From: Gemmatimonadaceae bacterium
Lineage (GTDB): Bacteria; Gemmatimonadota; Gemmatimonadetes; Gemmatimonadales; Gemmatimonadaceae
Assembly: GCA_044224875.1 (NCBI GenBank)
Contig: JBGAJQ010000001.1
Location: 64,001 to 128,000 of the forward strand
Length of the DNA stretch: 64,000 bases
Direction: 5' to 3'
Both the position numbers and the translations under genes were made by a program. This document shows, piece by piece, positions 1 through 9,173 of this stretch; positions within the stretch are counted from its first letter, which is position 1, and every line of letters begins with the position of its first letter. Under the pieces are notes generated by a model. It was not told the origin of the DNA, did no database searches, and saw only the letters and a list, made by a program, of their open reading frames with translations.

Positions 1-2
1 AG

Positions 3-332
3 CGTGCGGCAACCAACATGGCCCTCGTGGATTCGCTCAGCGCCGAACGCGACGACGCCGCGCGAACCAAGCGCATCGGATCCCGCATCTTCGTCCTGAA
101 GGACGGCGTGTGGACGGATGCTCGCTATGTTCCATCCATGCAGCTGGTGCGTGTGAAGGCCTTCTCACCACTCTACTTCACGTTGACCGGGCGCCTCCCT
201 GGGTTGGCCGACGCGCTCACGGTCGGTGAATCTGTGCTGGTTGCTGGTCGCACGGCCGCCATCGTGGTGGCTGCGGACGGACTGGAGACCATGCGCGAAG
301 GCGAACTCGCGACATTGGCCAGACAGTGGTGA
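3..332 (+). CDS. 3' end of a gene truncated by the window edge, probably a VIT/VWA-domain protein C-terminus
   Basis: Frame is open from position 3 to TGA at 330-332. The segment RIFVLKDGVWTD...VRVKAFSPLYF resembles the C-terminal tail of VIT/VWA proteins (family recall only). It lies 3 bp upstream of the sigma gene. Confidence 0.45.
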   Translation, partial: RAATNMALVDSLSAERDDAARTKRIGSRIFVLKDGVWTDARYVPSMQLVRVKAFSPLYFTLTGRLPGLADALTVGESVLVAGRTAAIVVAADGLETMREGELATLARQW

Positions 333-335
333 ATT

Positions 336-866
336 GTGAACGACGCTGAACTGGAACGGCTCTTTCGAACCTACCACACGCCGCTGGTGAGGTACCTCAC
401 CCGCCGCCTGGGAGACCGGGACTGGGCAGAGGAGATCGCGCAGGAGACCTTCCTGCGCGCTCTCCGCCAGGAACAACTCACCAGCGAGCGCTCATGGCTC
501 TTTGCCGTGGCGACCAATCTTGTGCGAGACGAGGGACGAAAGCAGGAACGGCGCCGCCGTCACCTCGAACTCCTGGCAGAAGAAGAGCGCGAGCGTCACA
601 TCGAGCCAGAAGTCACGTCACTCGAGCGCGCGCAGGAATCGGCGCTGGCACGACGCGCCGTGGACGCACTGGCCGAACGCGACCGCTTGGCGCTGCTCAT
701 GCGCGAGGAGGGTCTGGACTACCACGAGATTTCGCAGGCCCTGGGTCTTTCCGTGGGTTCTGTCGGCACAACCCTGGCGCGCGCACGGCGCCGCCTGGCC
801 GAGACATATGACGCAATGCGTACCGAAGAGAATCGGCGCGCCGGAGGTGGACATGCAACATCTTGA
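336..866 (+). CDS. ECF sigma-70 factor (sigma24/RpoE type)
   Basis: Region 2 AEEIAQETFLRA...SWLFAVATNL; region 4 GLDYHEISQALGLSVGSVGTTLARAR; overlaps a zinc anti-sigma gene. Confidence 0.92.
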   Translation: MNDAELERLFRTYHTPLVRYLTRRLGDRDWAEEIAQETFLRALRQEQLTSERSWLFAVATNLVRDEGRKQERRRRHLELLAEEERERHIEPEVTSLERAQESALARRAVDALAERDRLALLMREEGLDYHEISQALGLSVGSVGTTLARARRRLAETYDAMRTEENRRAGGGHATS

Positions 867-2064
867 GGAAGGCACCGTGCACGCGTGGCTCGACGGCGCG
901 ATTACGGGAGATGAAGCCGCGGAAATCGAGCGTCACGTCGCCACGTGTGCGGAGTGCGCGGCAATGGTGGCGGAGGCACGTGGCTTCATCGCCGCGTCGT
1001 CCCGCATCCTCACCGCCCTGGATGATGTCCCGTCGCACGTGATCCCGACGTCGGCGGTGACCGCGGAACCGTCGTCAAGCCACCGGGCGACAAACCGCGC
1101 CGGTGGACGATCACGTGTTGCGCCACGCCGTACATGGTGGCGGCATCCCGGGATCGCCGCGGCCGCTGCCGTCACGTTCCTCGCGGTGGGCACATGGACC
1201 GTCGTCTCGCGCGGCGGCTTGAAGAATAGCCAGGGAGGGTTCGCAGACAACGCATCCGGTCCGCCCGCAGCGCCTGCGGTCGCGGCACCCACCGAAGCAC
1301 TGATCGACAGCGCAGGTGCAACACGCGCCAAGGCACCGGAACCTCGCCCGGAGACAAAGACCACGGTCGGTGATGCCAAGAAACGGCTGGCGACCGACCT
1401 TGAAGCAGCCCCGCCACCAGCCCCGAGACCCGAGCGTGCGAAGGAGGAGGACCGGCGCGTAGCCGGTGCGACGACAGCACAATCTGCCGAGTTGGGCGCC
1501 GGTGCGGCCTCAGCGTCCCAGACACGCGACTCGCTGTCGCGACAGCGACTATCCCAAGTCGCGGCCGCGCCCGCCACTGTGCCACCTAACGCCGTGAACT
1601 CGGCAAAGACCGCCGCAGACCGGGTCCCCATCAACACAGCGGCAGCCGGTCGATCAGCGGAGCGTGCGAATGCGTTTGGAGCGCGTGAGGATTCTGATGA
1701 TTCCCGCGTCACATCACTGAGCGGATGCTATGCGCTGCACTTCGTGGCGGGCGGCGACGGCCCCATGACGATCGCGCCGGTCCGCGTGCCCGCGCACATC
1801 GCACTCGACGCGGCCCGGATCGCCGGCAGTGTCGAGCGTGTGGCGCGTGATGTGTCGCCGGCCAATGAACAGGTTTCTGGCGAGTATCGGTGGCGTGCCA
1901 CGGGGACGCAGACGTTTGAGCTGATCGTTATTCGCGATGGCGAATCCGTTACATTTCCGGCGCGGTTGGGGGCCGAAGACGCACTCTCCGGCCAGGGACC
2001 GGCGCGCCCGATGCCAGCGGGATCACCAGTTCGACTCCAGGCAACGCGAGAGCCGTGTCGTTAG
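853..2064 (+). CDS. zf-HC2 (ZAS) transmembrane anti-sigma factor with long Ala/Pro-rich extracytoplasmic region
   Basis: Start moved to ATG 853 (GGAGG at 843-847). HxxxCxxC motif HVATCAEC; one TM segment IAAAAAVTFLAVGTW; overlaps the sigma stop. Confidence 0.85.
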   Translation: MQHLEEGTVHAWLDGAITGDEAAEIERHVATCAECAAMVAEARGFIAASSRILTALDDVPSHVIPTSAVTAEPSSSHRATNRAGGRSRVAPRRTWWRHPGIAAAAAVTFLAVGTWTVVSRGGLKNSQGGFADNASGPPAAPAVAAPTEALIDSAGATRAKAPEPRPETKTTVGDAKKRLATDLEAAPPPAPRPERAKEEDRRVAGATTAQSAELGAGAASASQTRDSLSRQRLSQVAAAPATVPPNAVNSAKTAADRVPINTAAAGRSAERANAFGAREDSDDSRVTSLSGCYALHFVAGGDGPMTIAPVRVPAHIALDAARIAGSVERVARDVSPANEQVSGEYRWRATGTQTFELIVIRDGESVTFPARLGAEDALSGQGPARPMPAGSPVRLQATREPCR

Positions 2065-2160
2065 GCATGGCGGGGGAGTAGTGCATCGACCCCGCCAACC
2101 CCATCCATCGTCGCTCCGGATGCGACGTCATCGCCGCCCGCAGGCGACGCGACCGCGTGA

Positions 2161-3192
2161 CTACACCGTCACCTCACGGCCTTCCACCACCGCCGTATCG
2201 TCACCGTTCCGATCGGGACGCAGGGCCCGCATCACCGTTCTACCTGCCGAGAGCGCGCCAAGCAACAGGTAAACGTAGAACGAGTATACGCGCCACCAGA
2301 TCAACGAGGACGCCAACAGGTGGGCAGGGATGTGATGACCTAACGCGGCACGAAAGGAAAGCTCGACCACGCCGCCTCCCGCTGGAGCGGGAGCCACCGC
2401 ACTGCCGTACAACAACGCGAGTGGCCAGACGATCAACGGAGCCAACGGCGGGCGGTCACCGTAGGCATATACCAACAGCGGCAGGATGGCGAGTCGCGTC
2501 AACACGTGCAGGATCGAGCAGGCGAGCGCGGCCGACATCGCCAGAGGCTCCGCATGGCGGAGCTGCGACATGCTCTCCCGCAGGTGATTCAGCGAGGCCT
2601 GAATGCGATGCCAGAACGGGGGTCGCACGCCCACGGCCGCGACCCAGCGAGGCGCCGGCCCCGACCCGTGGCGCAGTGAAATCCACAGTGCCAGTCCACC
2701 GCCGCCGAGTACGAAAGCCGACATACCACCCACCATGGCCAGGAGCGCTGTCACCACCGCACTCGAGTGATCCAGAAGCACGAAGCAACCGACCGTGATG
2801 GCCAGGAGCGAAATCAGCTCCAACAACAACTCCATGAAGATCACGACAAGCACGGATTGCACGTGATATCCGGCTTCCTTCAGGACGAGGAAGCGCGCCG
2901 GCTCAGCTCCCGACCGTGAGGGCGTGATGGAGGCCGCGAAGTCACCGCCAAGACTCGTTCGCAACGCCGTGCCGAAGGCGACGGGCACTCCAACGGCACG
3001 CGCGCTCAACTGGATCTTCAAGACTCGCGCCACCATGTCCACGCCCACGAGCCCGAGCGCGGCCACATGGGCCCACCACGGTAGCCCCAGTGGGGCCCCA
3101 CCTTCGGGCCACCCGGACGCGATGATGTACACGGACACCCCTATCGCCATCCCGAACGAGAGGAATGTCAGGACCCAGCGCCGCGGCGTCAC
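2161..3192 (-). CDS. Lysylphosphatidylglycerol-synthase TM domain / flippase-like membrane protein (UPF0104)
   Basis: Multi-TM protein with ASITPSRSGAEPAR, PAPAGGGVVE and LIWWRVYSFY motifs typical of the family. Confidence 0.8.
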   Translation of the reverse strand: MTPRRWVLTFLSFGMAIGVSVYIIASGWPEGGAPLGLPWWAHVAALGLVGVDMVARVLKIQLSARAVGVPVAFGTALRTSLGGDFAASITPSRSGAEPARFLVLKEAGYHVQSVLVVIFMELLLELISLLAITVGCFVLLDHSSAVVTALLAMVGGMSAFVLGGGGLALWISLRHGSGPAPRWVAAVGVRPPFWHRIQASLNHLRESMSQLRHAEPLAMSAALACSILHVLTRLAILPLLVYAYGDRPPLAPLIVWPLALLYGSAVAPAPAGGGVVELSFRAALGHHIPAHLLASSLIWWRVYSFYVYLLLGALSAGRTVMRALRPDRNGDDTAVVEGREVTV

Positions 3193-3225
3193 GGGCGAGG
3201 GCCCGTCAAGTAGATGTCCACCGGC

Positions 3226-5700
3226 CTAACGTGACCGCTTCCATTCCAGCGCGGACATGCGGGTGATGCCGGGATACGGCACCTGCTCGCCCTTCACGGA
3301 ACGCCAGAGAATGCGGTTGAACAGGTCCTCGTCCGCCTGATCCTCGAAGGCGAGCTCCAGGCGCTCGGACTCTCGCGCGTTCAGCCCAGTCTCCGGATTG
3401 CGCTCCGTCAGCGGGACCGACGGCGTGAGCACGCGGTACGGTGCCAGGTCCGCCGTGGTCGACCAGATGTCGCGAAGTGGGCGACCGTAGTAGTCAAACT
3501 GCGACAGCGCGGTCAGGCCCAGTATTTCCTCGATGGTGGCGATGACGTCCGTCGTGTTCGTGAATCGATGGTGCACGCCACCGCGCGCATACGGCGATAT
3601 CACGAGCAGAGGCGAGCGATGTGAATCCACGTGGTCTGGTCCGTTCTGCGCGTCGTCTTCCAGCACGAAGATCGCCAGCTCCTTCCAGAAAGGCGTGTTC
3701 GAAAGCCCCTCGACGATACGACCGAGGGCCAGGTCATTGTCCGCCATGTATGCGCCAGGCGTCGGCGCGCTTGCCCGGCCGCCGGCAGTGTGATCGTTCG
3801 GCAACCGCAGGATCATCAATCGCGGCAGTGCTCCCTCCTGCACGAACCGCGGCAACTCGGCAAGGAAGACGTCGGCGCGCCTCTGATCCGGGATGTTGAG
3901 GTCGTACGAGGGATACTCCTTGTTCGTGTTGGCGGCGAGGAACGGCTTCACTCCCTTGTATCCGGATGGCCAACGATCGCCAGCGCGAACGTTTTCCGGC
4001 ACCACGAATTCACCATAGTTCCGGAATGTGATGCCAGCGCGTTGCGCGAGGTCCCACAAGTATCCGCTTGCCGGCTCATTCACGTCCTCCTCACCTTCGT
4101 CGGCCGGTACCCGGCCCCGATTCGTTCCCTCGTAATCGTACGAACGTCCGCGATTCGAGTAGTTGGACGGGATCGTTTTTTCCGCGTAGTCGCTAACGTA
4201 CGCAGCCATTGACCAATTGTGCCCGTCCGGACTCACCTCCGCGTTCACAAAAAATCGATCGAACAACCCAAAGCGATCAGCGAGTGCATGGTGATTCGGC
4301 GACATGGGCCGCGGGAAGAAGTTCAGCGTGGTGTCGCCGTCCCCTTGGGTCATGTCTCCCATGATCTGGTCGTACGTGCGGTTCTCCTTGATCACGTACA
4401 GCACGTACTTGATGGGAGGGTACGTCGCATTTCGCTGCACGTCGCGCCATCCGTTCGCGCGCTCGACGCGGGCGGTCAGGGGCGCCAGCTCCGCAACGGT
4501 CGCTCGTGCCAACGATGACATGGTGAGCGAACCGGACAGCTGACCGAGCGTGTAGGATCGGGGCTGCGAGGTGTGCACGCCGCGGCCCGGTTGCGGGTAT
4601 TCAACGTTCGGTGCGGTGCCGCGGCCCTTTCCGTTCAGTGCGAAGAGCGAGTCACCCTTGGCCACCACGGCAGTTGGGTACCAACCGACCGGGATGCGCC
4701 CGCTCAGGGTATCGCGCCCCGAGGACGTCGCGACCCCTGCGGTCTTGCCCGACAGGTCAAAGACTGCGATGGCATTGTTGTCGGCTTCGGCCACAAACAA
4801 GCGCGTGCCAGTTGCCGACAGCGCCAACGCGTTCGGTGTGCTCCCCTCATGCGGTCCAGCGGGTGGCGGGTCGGCAAGCGTCGCGACAACCTCGCCCGAC
4901 TTGGTGTCCAGTACCGTAACGCGGTCCGTACTCCCCGACGCGACAAAGAGACGGCTCCCGTCGCGATTCAGCAGCAACGACGACGGGTGGCGTCCCGCCT
5001 TCCATTGTCCGGCCTCGCGTGTCTCGGCTCCGTGTACGGTGAATCGCGACACCGTCTGTCCTCCCCAAGCCGATACAAAGACGTCCCCGGTGGCGGACGT
5101 CACCACACCGTAGGGGTATCGCGGCGTGGGGAATCGCCGTACGACGCGACGGGTTCCGATATCCACGACCGCCACGGAATCGGCGAGGTTTTCCGCCACG
5201 AACAGCGTGTTTCCGTCAGGCGAAACCGCGAGTCCAGCGGGGTACCTGGTGCCCGCGCGGTTCGGCAACTTGGCTGCGAGGATCACGGAGTCCGTCAGGC
5301 TCACCACGCGATTGGCCCACCGGTAGCGATACACCACGTCCTGGTTACCGCCCGATGCATAGAGCCACTGGCCGTCAGGTGAAAACGCCAAGCCGATGAA
5401 CGCGGCGGCTTGTGGCACTTCCTGCGTCACCCGTCCCGACCCGATGTCCACCACCTGCAACCCCTGCTCACGCCAACCGCTCAGCATCACGATCAGTCGA
5501 TCCCCCTCAGGTGCGAGCACCATGTTGAGCGGCATGGACCCCAGGTCGATGTTGCGTCCGGCGGGATCGAGTCGCGCGCCGGTCGGCAAGTGCGATGCCT
5601 GATTGAGATCGTCTCCCACCCGGGTGTCTGACGAGGGAGCTTTCCCACAGGCGGCCACGGCGGACCCGGCGAACGCGAGTGCGATGGTGCGGCGAAGCAT
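3226..5700 (-). CDS. Lipoprotein: YVTN/YncE beta-propeller fused to a phosphoesterase (alkaline phosphatase-like) domain
   Basis: Start moved to ATG 5700 (GAGG upstream; lipobox AVAAC). Propeller repeats; IKENRTYD, SPDGHNW and EDDAQNGPDHVDSHRS motifs. Confidence 0.85.
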   Translation of the reverse strand: MLRRTIALAFAGSAVAACGKAPSSDTRVGDDLNQASHLPTGARLDPAGRNIDLGSMPLNMVLAPEGDRLIVMLSGWREQGLQVVDIGSGRVTQEVPQAAAFIGLAFSPDGQWLYASGGNQDVVYRYRWANRVVSLTDSVILAAKLPNRAGTRYPAGLAVSPDGNTLFVAENLADSVAVVDIGTRRVVRRFPTPRYPYGVVTSATGDVFVSAWGGQTVSRFTVHGAETREAGQWKAGRHPSSLLLNRDGSRLFVASGSTDRVTVLDTKSGEVVATLADPPPAGPHEGSTPNALALSATGTRLFVAEADNNAIAVFDLSGKTAGVATSSGRDTLSGRIPVGWYPTAVVAKGDSLFALNGKGRGTAPNVEYPQPGRGVHTSQPRSYTLGQLSGSLTMSSLARATVAELAPLTARVERANGWRDVQRNATYPPIKYVLYVIKENRTYDQIMGDMTQGDGDTTLNFFPRPMSPNHHALADRFGLFDRFFVNAEVSPDGHNWSMAAYVSDYAEKTIPSNYSNRGRSYDYEGTNRGRVPADEGEEDVNEPASGYLWDLAQRAGITFRNYGEFVVPENVRAGDRWPSGYKGVKPFLAANTNKEYPSYDLNIPDQRRADVFLAELPRFVQEGALPRLMILRLPNDHTAGGRASAPTPGAYMADNDLALGRIVEGLSNTPFWKELAIFVLEDDAQNGPDHVDSHRSPLLVISPYARGGVHHRFTNTTDVIATIEEILGLTALSQFDYYGRPLRDIWSTTADLAPYRVLTPSVPLTERNPETGLNARESERLELAFEDQADEDLFNRILWRSVKGEQVPYPGITRMSALEWKRSR

Positions 5701-5797
5701 TCGTGAACCTCTCGCGAGCATGATGGCGAAAAATCGACGCGGGCGACCAGTGTCAAGAATGACCACTTGCCGCCCGCTCGGCCAGCCGATCAACGAC

Positions 5798-8700
5798 TCA
5801 CCGGACCTTTCCCAGCTCTTCCTTGTCCTTCACCCAGTATGGTTTCGGGAATGGCCGAGGCGACGGCCAGATACGGTTGAGCGAACTTCCCTCATAGACC
5901 TCACCATTCTTCACCACAAGGCGAATGTCGGTGCTGGCCTTGATGTCGGTGAGCGGGTTGCGATTCAGGACGACCAAGTCGGCCAACTTCCCAGGTTCGA
6001 TGCTCCCGAGGTCTGTACCGTAGCCGATGGACTCGGCGCCGAAGATCGTGGCGATGCGAAGGGCTTCCATGGGGGTCATGCCGCCGGACTGCAACATCCA
6101 CAATTCCCAATGCGCCCCGATCCCGTCCTGTTGTCCGTGCGATCCCAGTCCAGCCCTACCGCCAGCTCGAACAATATCGCGAACGCCGCGCGCGATGTCG
6201 GCGGTGATGTAGTCCTCGTCGACAATGAGCGGCCGGCGGCGTGCCTGCCGGTAGAGGATGTCGGCCGGGGTGAAGTACGCGGTCTTCGCATCCCGCTCGA
6301 GGTCGGTCCGCGCCCGCCAGTAGGTATCGCCAGCAGGCCCGCCATACGCGACGACCAACGTCGGCGTGTAGGTGATCTTGGCGTCCGCGAGCACGGTCAC
6401 CACATCCTTGTACAGCGGCACCTGTCCAATGGAATGCTCCAAGCCCGTGTATCCATCCATGGCCATGGCGATGTCGGCCTTGAGATCGGCAGCACCCTCG
6501 TTGGTCGCGTTCATGTGCTCCGCCATGGCCGCCTGCAGCACCCATTGCCGTTGGATGCGGCGGGGCTGCAGGTACTGTTTCAGCGAGTTGACGCCTTGGT
6601 TCTTGTAACGGCGTACAACATGCAGGGCGTCATCGTATGACTTGATGGGAACGTTGTTGGAGGTGAGCGGGAATCCCGTGGCGTAAATGCGAGAGCCGAC
6701 CATTTCGCCAGCCTCAACCAGCTCACTCCACGCGACGTTCCATCGTGAGCCACTGGGGTTGCGGGTGGTGGTCACGCCGTAGGCGAGGTTGGACGCGATG
6801 CTCCACTCCTGATCCTGCGCCAGTTCACGGCCGGTCTTCGGATGCGCGTGCACGTCCACCAGCCCGGGAATGATCGTCGACCCGCTGACATCGATGATCC
6901 GCGTTCCAGCCGGCGCGCGCACCGACGATCCCACCTGGGCGATGCGGTTGTTTTCGATGAGAATGTCGCCGCGGCCGATGACTTCGTCTCCCTTCATGGT
7001 GACGATGCGCGCCCCTCGCAACAGGACACGCCCCTTGGGCACCTCCCGGTCAACCGTCAGCTTCACCTCTGACCGTGTCACGCCCCAAGTGGCGGTGTCT
7101 GCCGAGGCGAGAATGGCGGAGGTGGCGGCGCGCGAGTAGCGATTCGAAAAGCTCCACGTGATGGTTCGGCCGCTATCGGCAAAGGCAATGTAGTTGGCGC
7201 CCTCGCTGGTCACGCGACGGAGCGGGACAGAGGGCGACTGGAAGTTTACCGGCAATCCCTCGGCGCCCGCCGCGGTCAGGGGAAGCGCGTACAGGTCGTC
7301 GCGGTCGAGCGCGATCATTGCCCGCTCATCCGGCGCGACCCGCACCACCAGGGCACCTGCGGCCATCGTCGTCAGACGGGCATGTGATCGCTTGTCACCG
7401 CCGTCGTATCGCACCGAGTAAAGGCCGGTGACTTGCGTGGCATTGAAGCCTGGCGTCGCGTTCGGGATGTTATCGAGGTAGTAGATTCGCCCCGGTCCAC
7501 CCCTGCTCGCCGTGACGAGCGCGGGAGCTGACGTTGTGCGCACGATGGTGTGCACCTCGCCGCCGTCACTCGCGATCCACTTGAGATCACCGACAGACGC
7601 AACACTCCCCCCTCCGAGTCCGGCCTGGCGAGGTTGCGCCGTGTAAACGAGACGATCGCCCTCGGGGGACCACTCCACACCCGAAAGAAAGGCAGGGTCA
7701 CGCGTCAGCTGAGTGGGCGTACTACTCCCATCCGCGCGTGTCTTCCACAGGAATCCCCCCGACTCGTCGGACCAGGTCACGAATGCCAGCCACTGTCCAT
7801 CCGGTGAGTAGGCAGGCAGGTACTCGCGCGTCGCGAGTGTGGTCAGGTGGCGAGGCGTACCGATCGTTGCGCCATTCCGATCGGCAATCCAGACCTTGCC
7901 GACGCCACTGAACGCCACCTGCCGCCCGGAAGGCGACTCCGTCAGTTGCATCAGTTGGGTCACGGCGACGGGGCCGTCGTCATAGCGAAGGGGTGTGAAG
8001 AGGCGTTCAGCCATTCCGACTTCGACATCGACAGTGAACGGGATCGTCGTCACCTGGCGCGTGGCGACGTCGACGCGCCGGATCTTGCCTCCCTGCGGAT
8101 AAACGACCTCCCGTGAATCCGGCGTAAACGAATAGCCCGGAAACACGTCGTTCGGCGCGTAACCCTCCTGGTCATCGCGTTGCACCTCACCGACCAACCA
8201 GCTGTCTTCCTGCGAGCGGAGGTCGCGCAGGCGGAGCGCGGAACGTGTGCCAGCACGGGTGACGTATACCAGCCACCGGCCATCGCGTGACGTCGCCGGT
8301 CGCAACGCCCCGCCGGAGGCGCTCGTGAGCGGTCGCGACTCGCCCGTGGCTCGATCGAAGGCGGAGATCTGGTACGCCCCGATGTTCTCACCGGAGTAGC
8401 CGCCGCCATGCGACGAGACATACATCACGCGTCCGTCCGGCGCGAAGGCGACGCCGGTGTTCGTCGTCTTGGCGGTCATGCTGCCGGGAAAGATCTGCGT
8501 GCCAGCGCCGCCGTCCTTGTGATACAGCCACAACGGCACGTTGGTCAGGTAGTTCTCGGCGCTGGGGTACGGCCCGAAGCGACGCACGACGAGATACTGC
8601 CCGTCCGGTGTCCACGCCGGTGAACTCAAGGCGTTGTCCACCTCGCGCGTGATCCGGTGGGCGCCACTGCCATCTGGGTTCATGACCCAGAGGTTGTCCC

Positions 8701-9022
8701 CGCCATCGCGATCCGAGATGAAGGCGATCGTCGTGCCGTCCGGGGACCATCGCGGCATACAGTCCCACGCCATACCCGACGTGAGTCGCGTGGCCTTGCC
8801 ACCCTCGATCGGGATGCTGTACAGATCGCCTAACAAGTCGAATACGACACGCTTTCCGTCAGGAGAAACATCCAACGACATCCACGTCCCTTCGTCCGTG
8901 GTAAAGCGCAGGGTGCGCACGGGTTTTATGGGAAGGACGGTGGCCGTATCGGCGGCGGGCGGACTTTGCGCCGACGCCAACGAGGACACGGCAATCAGGA
9001 ACACTGCAGGGAGAAGTCGCAT
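5798..9022 (-). CDS. Exported TolB-like (PD40) propeller plus metal-dependent amidohydrolase
   Basis: Signal peptide; TDEGTWMSLDVSPDG and PRWSPDG repeats; PGLVDVHAH metal motif; GSIEPGKLADLVVL tail. Confidence 0.88.
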   Translation of the reverse strand: MRLLPAVFLIAVSSLASAQSPPAADTATVLPIKPVRTLRFTTDEGTWMSLDVSPDGKRVVFDLLGDLYSIPIEGGKATRLTSGMAWDCMPRWSPDGTTIAFISDRDGGDNLWVMNPDGSGAHRITREVDNALSSPAWTPDGQYLVVRRFGPYPSAENYLTNVPLWLYHKDGGAGTQIFPGSMTAKTTNTGVAFAPDGRVMYVSSHGGGYSGENIGAYQISAFDRATGESRPLTSASGGALRPATSRDGRWLVYVTRAGTRSALRLRDLRSQEDSWLVGEVQRDDQEGYAPNDVFPGYSFTPDSREVVYPQGGKIRRVDVATRQVTTIPFTVDVEVGMAERLFTPLRYDDGPVAVTQLMQLTESPSGRQVAFSGVGKVWIADRNGATIGTPRHLTTLATREYLPAYSPDGQWLAFVTWSDESGGFLWKTRADGSSTPTQLTRDPAFLSGVEWSPEGDRLVYTAQPRQAGLGGGSVASVGDLKWIASDGGEVHTIVRTTSAPALVTASRGGPGRIYYLDNIPNATPGFNATQVTGLYSVRYDGGDKRSHARLTTMAAGALVVRVAPDERAMIALDRDDLYALPLTAAGAEGLPVNFQSPSVPLRRVTSEGANYIAFADSGRTITWSFSNRYSRAATSAILASADTATWGVTRSEVKLTVDREVPKGRVLLRGARIVTMKGDEVIGRGDILIENNRIAQVGSSVRAPAGTRIIDVSGSTIIPGLVDVHAHPKTGRELAQDQEWSIASNLAYGVTTTRNPSGSRWNVAWSELVEAGEMVGSRIYATGFPLTSNNVPIKSYDDALHVVRRYKNQGVNSLKQYLQPRRIQRQWVLQAAMAEHMNATNEGAADLKADIAMAMDGYTGLEHSIGQVPLYKDVVTVLADAKITYTPTLVVAYGGPAGDTYWRARTDLERDAKTAYFTPADILYRQARRRPLIVDEDYITADIARGVRDIVRAGGRAGLGSHGQQDGIGAHWELWMLQSGGMTPMEALRIATIFGAESIGYGTDLGSIEPGKLADLVVLNRNPLTDIKASTDIRLVVKNGEVYEGSSLNRIWPSPRPFPKPYWVKDKEELGKVR

Positions 9023-9173
9023 GACCGGGCGCCGGTGGAGGGAGGTGCGTCACGATGCCAAGTACCGAGCGCCATGATACTGCACCCAAGTCCGCGTCCC
9101 ATTCAACCACGCCCGTTCTCGATACGCAGGCAGGCGCGGCCGCCGACAGCGCTCCGCGCCGCGTTACGTCGAC

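Noticed and set aside
502..852. ORF-track N-terminal extensions (502 start for the anti-sigma; likewise 11897, 12544, 21474, 25060, 31550, 43590)
   Set aside because: They overlap neighbouring genes or promoters and lack family similarity. Downstream starts have an RBS, stop-start overlap, signal peptide or the family N-terminus.
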